A DNA stretch of 64,000 nt from NCBI GenBank assembly GCA_019828565.1, contig JAHDYR010000005.1:843342-907341 (forward strand). The letters are read 5' to 3'. Below the pieces are notes generated by a model that was not told the origin of the DNA, did no database searches, and was given only the letters and a program-made list of their open reading frames with translations. The stretch is from Carpediemonas membranifera BICM. Lineage: Eukaryota; Protista; Fornicata. The position numbers were made by a program, and so were the translations under genes. Shown piece by piece: positions 60,496-64,000 of the stretch; positions within the stretch are counted from its first letter, which is position 1; each line of letters starts with the position of its first letter.

Positions 60496-62424
60496 TCAGG
60501 CTTCAACGCCGAGGGCCTTGAGTGCCTCGACGATGTCAGCCTCCTGCTGCCGGAGCCCGGGGAGCCTGGCCAGCTTCTCCAGCTGCTCCTCGGTCGCCGA
60601 CGCCTTGTCAATCTGTTCGCACTGTCTCACGCGCTTACGGGCGGCGCGGAGACGCTTCTGGAGTGTGGCGACGAGCTCCTCGTTGGTGCTGCGGCGAGCC
60701 GTGGCAGCCTTAGGGGTTCCCTGGACCCGGGGCTGGGGCTGCTTGGGGGAGAAGCCTGGGGGCATCGCCTGCCCCTTGGCGGGGCTGCGGGCGGCTCTCT
60801 GGCCGGGGGTCTTCACGGGAGCGGGCTTGCCTGCGTCAAGGCGTGTGTAGACCAGCTCGGGGCCAGCCTTCTTGGCGGCGGGCTGGGCGGCGGCCATCTT
60901 CGCACGGAGGGAGGGGGGCACGTACACCGCCGTGGTCCTGGCCGTGGACGCCTGGACAGCCTTCTTCGAGGCGACATGGAGGCGGGTAGGGGGCACGGGA
61001 CGGGCTCCGGAGATGGCGCCATGGGCTAGTACCACGCCGTGCACGGCATACAATACCTCGCGGGGCTCGTTGATGAGCACGGACCCATCGAGCCAGACGA
61101 CCTTGAAGCCATTGTCGACCCGGAGGCGGGGCGAGAGGGTGGCGGTGATGATGTACCGCGAATCGTTCGTCCACTTGCTGTGCGTCGTGTTCGGCAGCGT
61201 CTGCTGGGCTACAAGGCGCACGGACTTGCCGTCCTTGTGGCCAGCGTCCCAGATGTCGAGGTAGCCTGAGAGCCCGCCGAACCCGCCGACGGCGAGGAAT
61301 GCGCCGCTGGGGGACCAGCCGAGCTCGTTGCGGTGCAGGGTGCCGAACGACCCGCGCGGGACCCACGTCTGGCCGCCCGTGTTGAACGAGACAACCGGAG
61401 CGGGCATGGAGCCGCCGATGATGGTCACCACGGGCCCGTTGGGGGCGGCTTGGACGTCGGTAACGTTCATGGCGTCGATATGGTCGCCCTCTATGGCTGG
61501 GGCGGTGACCCTGACCCTGGGACCGGATCTGTCGAGGGACAGCGGCAGCACCTGGGCCTTGCCGTAGTACGACTTGTTCTCCCGGTCGACCAGCGACTCC
61601 AGGAAGACTGCGGCGGTGGACCCGTCGTTGGTCCAGGTGACCCTCATCTCGTTGACCCCGTGCAAGCTCTTGTTAAAGACTCGGGCCTCGGTCAGGGTCT
61701 GGGCGTGGACCATAGAGGTCACGTCCAGGGCCATGAGACGGGACGGGCCGCCCTTCGTGTCGTGGGTGAAGACCACGAGGACGTCGCCCGAGGGAGAGAT
61801 GGAAGTGGCGTGGATGTTGCCGATCTTGTCCGAGCGGATCTTGGAGTGGAGGCCCCAGCCCTCGGGGGACATGCGGAGAGGATGGATGCCGTCAGAGGTG
61901 ACGAAGAAGCCCTTGGTCTCATCCGGGGAGAAGTGGAAGAGCGGCCAGAGGTGGTCGGGGACGCGGTTCGTGAGCTCGAGCACACGGGCGCCAGTCATTG
62001 TGTCCAGAACAACGATGGTGTTGGTCTCGAAGCGGACGTTGGTGGCTACGGAGAGGTAGCGGCCAGTGGGGGAGAAGGCGCTGATGGCAGCCGGGTGGAT
62101 GGTGATGGGGATGCGCAGGCGGATTTGGCACTGCACGGTGTCCACGATGATGACCTCCTCCTTATCCATAACAGCGATGAAATCGTTGATGGGGGAAGGA
62201 CGGATCTCTGGCTGGTTACTGGCGGTTTTGATGGTGAGGCGCAAGGTGCCGTTACCAAGCGCCATTTTGTCGCCGTTGTCAGTCTCCACATAGTCGTGGA
62301 AGTGAACTACATTCTCGGCAACGGTGCAAAGACGCAGGATCGCGGACATCTGGTGCTTCTCACTCTCGAACAAAGTCGCCCTCGGGTCGTGAAGTTTAGT
62401 GCCCCAAGCGTGGTAGGAACCCAT
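60496..62424 (-). CDS. EIF2A: Eukaryotic translation initiation factor 2A (start uncertain; possible short upstream exon)
   Basis: KSYYG, WSPSGAFLAVGGFGGLSG, TATLSPRLRVDNGFKV, YVPPSLR and a C-terminal coiled coil. Confidence 0.9.
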   Translation of the reverse strand: MGSYHAWGTKLHDPRATLFESEKHQMSAILRLCTVAENVVHFHDYVETDNGDKMALGNGTLRLTIKTASNQPEIRPSPINDFIAVMDKEEVIIVDTVQCQIRLRIPITIHPAAISAFSPTGRYLSVATNVRFETNTIVVLDTMTGARVLELTNRVPDHLWPLFHFSPDETKGFFVTSDGIHPLRMSPEGWGLHSKIRSDKIGNIHATSISPSGDVLVVFTHDTKGGPSRLMALDVTSMVHAQTLTEARVFNKSLHGVNEMRVTWTNDGSTAAVFLESLVDRENKSYYGKAQVLPLSLDRSGPRVRVTAPAIEGDHIDAMNVTDVQAAPNGPVVTIIGGSMPAPVVSFNTGGQTWVPRGSFGTLHRNELGWSPSGAFLAVGGFGGLSGYLDIWDAGHKDGKSVRLVAQQTLPNTTHSKWTNDSRYIITATLSPRLRVDNGFKVVWLDGSVLINEPREVLYAVHGVVLAHGAISGARPVPPTRLHVASKKAVQASTARTTAVYVPPSLRAKMAAAQPAAKKAGPELVYTRLDAGKPAPVKTPGQRAARSPAKGQAMPPGFSPKQPQPRVQGTPKAATARRSTNEELVATLQKRLRAARKRVRQCEQIDKASATEEQLEKLARLPGLRQQEADIVEALKALGVEA

Positions 62425-62591
62425 TCATTCAGCGCCGCCCTACATACCTAGGCTTTGGTCGAGCCATGGTTCAGCAAAATTTTGCTGCAACATTTGGCGG
62501 ATGTCTGGAATCACCAGGCAGGCCTCAGACAATTAATGCGGCTCCGGTGTGAAGCAAAGCGGTACAAAATGCAAACTTTACCGCGCATCCC

Positions 62592-63725
62592 TTAGCCAAG
62601 GAACTCAGCGTCCATGGCCTCGAGCTCCTCGATCGTCAGCAGCCCGCGCCTCGACACGTACCCTCGCACGAGCGACCAGTCGCCGCTGATGGCGTAGAGG
62701 GTGACGACCCGCCCCTTCTCCAGCTGGACGTCCTGGGTCGGCTTGTGCCACGGGAGCCCATACAGGAACTGCGTCTCGACGTCATGGCCGACCGCCCGCA
62801 CGGTCGTCTCGATGAGCTCGGGCCAGCCAGTGGCGATGGCCAGGCCCTTCTCGCACACCACAGCGCACTCGAGGAAGGCCGCCTGCAGCTCCTCCTCGGT
62901 GCCCCAGTGCTGGGCCGCGGCCGGGTCGCCGGCCTCGTAGGAGTACGCCTTGCCGCGGACCAGGCGGATCTCACCGCCCTCTTGGGCAATCGTCTGGGCG
63001 ATCTCGACAGTGTCCTTGAACTCAGCCTGGTGGGCGATGCGGATGCCGTGGGGCTTGGATGTGTCGAGACCCAGGGCGCGTAGGGCGTTGATGTAGCTGG
63101 CAACCGTCTGCTCGCGATACTGGCGCTGCTCGATGTCAACCTCAAGGCCTACGCCGAGCTCGTGGCAAAGCTTGGCGACGAGGTTGAGGTTGGACTCAAA
63201 GAGATCGGGACTGATCTCCATGCCGAGCTGGGACGGCTTGATCGAGATGCTGCCGACCACACCGGCTTTGGCCATCATCCGGGACAGTTTGATGTACTTG
63301 GCAGTGTCGGCAACGGCCTTGTCCTCCTCGCCGGCGCGGTAGTGCTCGCCGCCGATGTTGAGGAGCATGCGGTAGCCTTCCTTGTTGAGCGCCAGGCTGT
63401 TCTCGATGGTCTCCTCGAGTGTGAAGCCGACAGTGAGGGACTGCGTCTTGGCAATGGCCGCGGCCAGCGTCTCGGTCTCTGTCGCGCGGTGGTTGGCAAG
63501 GAAGGGGAAGCGGCGGTTCATGTAGTTGCAGGTCTCGGAGCCGAAGGGACGATCACAGAGGTCGTATTCGTTCAGGAGGCTGTAGAGCTTGGATGGGAGC
63601 TCAACCGAATAGAAGTGCTTTGTGTTGGAGAGAAGCGTGTCTCCAGAGAAGTCCCGGAGCGTGGGATAAAGGAGGACGACATAAAGGAAAATCACGGATA
63701 GGACGAAAGCGTGCCAAACTTTCAT
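62592..63725 (-). CDS. Proline dehydrogenase-like flavoprotein with an N-terminal signal anchor
   Basis: LNIGGEH, SISIKPSQLG, EVDIE, IRLVRGKAY, AIATG, QFLYG and YVSRR parallel monofunctional PRODH. N-terminus is MKVWHAFVLSVIFLYVVLLYP. Confidence 0.75.
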   Translation of the reverse strand: MKVWHAFVLSVIFLYVVLLYPTLRDFSGDTLLSNTKHFYSVELPSKLYSLLNEYDLCDRPFGSETCNYMNRRFPFLANHRATETETLAAAIAKTQSLTVGFTLEETIENSLALNKEGYRMLLNIGGEHYRAGEEDKAVADTAKYIKLSRMMAKAGVVGSISIKPSQLGMEISPDLFESNLNLVAKLCHELGVGLEVDIEQRQYREQTVASYINALRALGLDTSKPHGIRIAHQAEFKDTVEIAQTIAQEGGEIRLVRGKAYSYEAGDPAAAQHWGTEEELQAAFLECAVVCEKGLAIATGWPELIETTVRAVGHDVETQFLYGLPWHKPTQDVQLEKGRVVTLYAISGDWSLVRGYVSRRGLLTIEELEAMDAEFLG

Positions 63726-64000
63726 GCGTCTGGCTGGTTGTGCCACGCAGGATAAGAATTGTTGAGTCCAAAACACAGTGATCCGAGCAGCATCAGGATC
63801 GCAGTGTGGTTCATCATACTCTATCAATCGTGCGCTGCATATCACGCGCGCTGCAGCGCGTGCTTGCTCAACTTAGCAAGTTAATGATAGTGGAAAGGAG
63901 ATTGTTGATCTCTATCTGATCTGAAGTTGCATCGAAGGTGCACCAAAGGATGTTCTCGCTGGCGCTCTTATCTCGGTGAGAGAGATTGAGAAGTATGTCT

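Noticed and set aside
1-64000. tRNA, rRNA, CRISPR arrays, telomeric repeats
   Set aside because: None were recognised by eye. A covariance-model scan would be needed to exclude small ncRNAs.

Overview
Gene-dense, GC-rich nuclear DNA from a unicellular eukaryote. It carries actin, eIF3h, eIF2A, CLASP, XMAP215 and Ski2, has 31-38 nt GT-AG introns, and shows an (A/T/G)GTAAA motif at or just after many stop codons. These traits suggest an anaerobic fornicate/metamonad such as a Carpediemonas-like organism (inference). The standout feature is the Ski2-like RNA helicase gene (16714-22284, minus strand), which carries two nested inteins. A 638-aa insertion splits the Walker A motif (AHTSSGK|TVVAEY). 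It consists of a VMA/PRP8-type outer intein (C...HN|T) whose own block B motif (HWA|CNGDH) is interrupted by a second complete 348-aa intein of a different family (C...GN|C). This implies ordered, inside-out protein splicing. The region from about 22.6 to 51.5 kb is a mosaic of near-identical tandem, direct and inverted segmental duplications. These amplify thioredoxin (5 copies), actin (3), a bacterial-type AzoR (3), a C_GCAxxG_C_C redox protein (3, one diverged), a KynB-like cyclase-family hydrolase (2 plus fragments) and an unknown tail-anchored protein family. Other unusual architectures are a PH domain fused to a bacterial-type adenylyl cyclase, a WD40-pseudokinase-degenerate HECT protein, and a signal-anchored proline dehydrogenase-like protein. 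All family assignments come from motif recognition by eye; no database searches were run.
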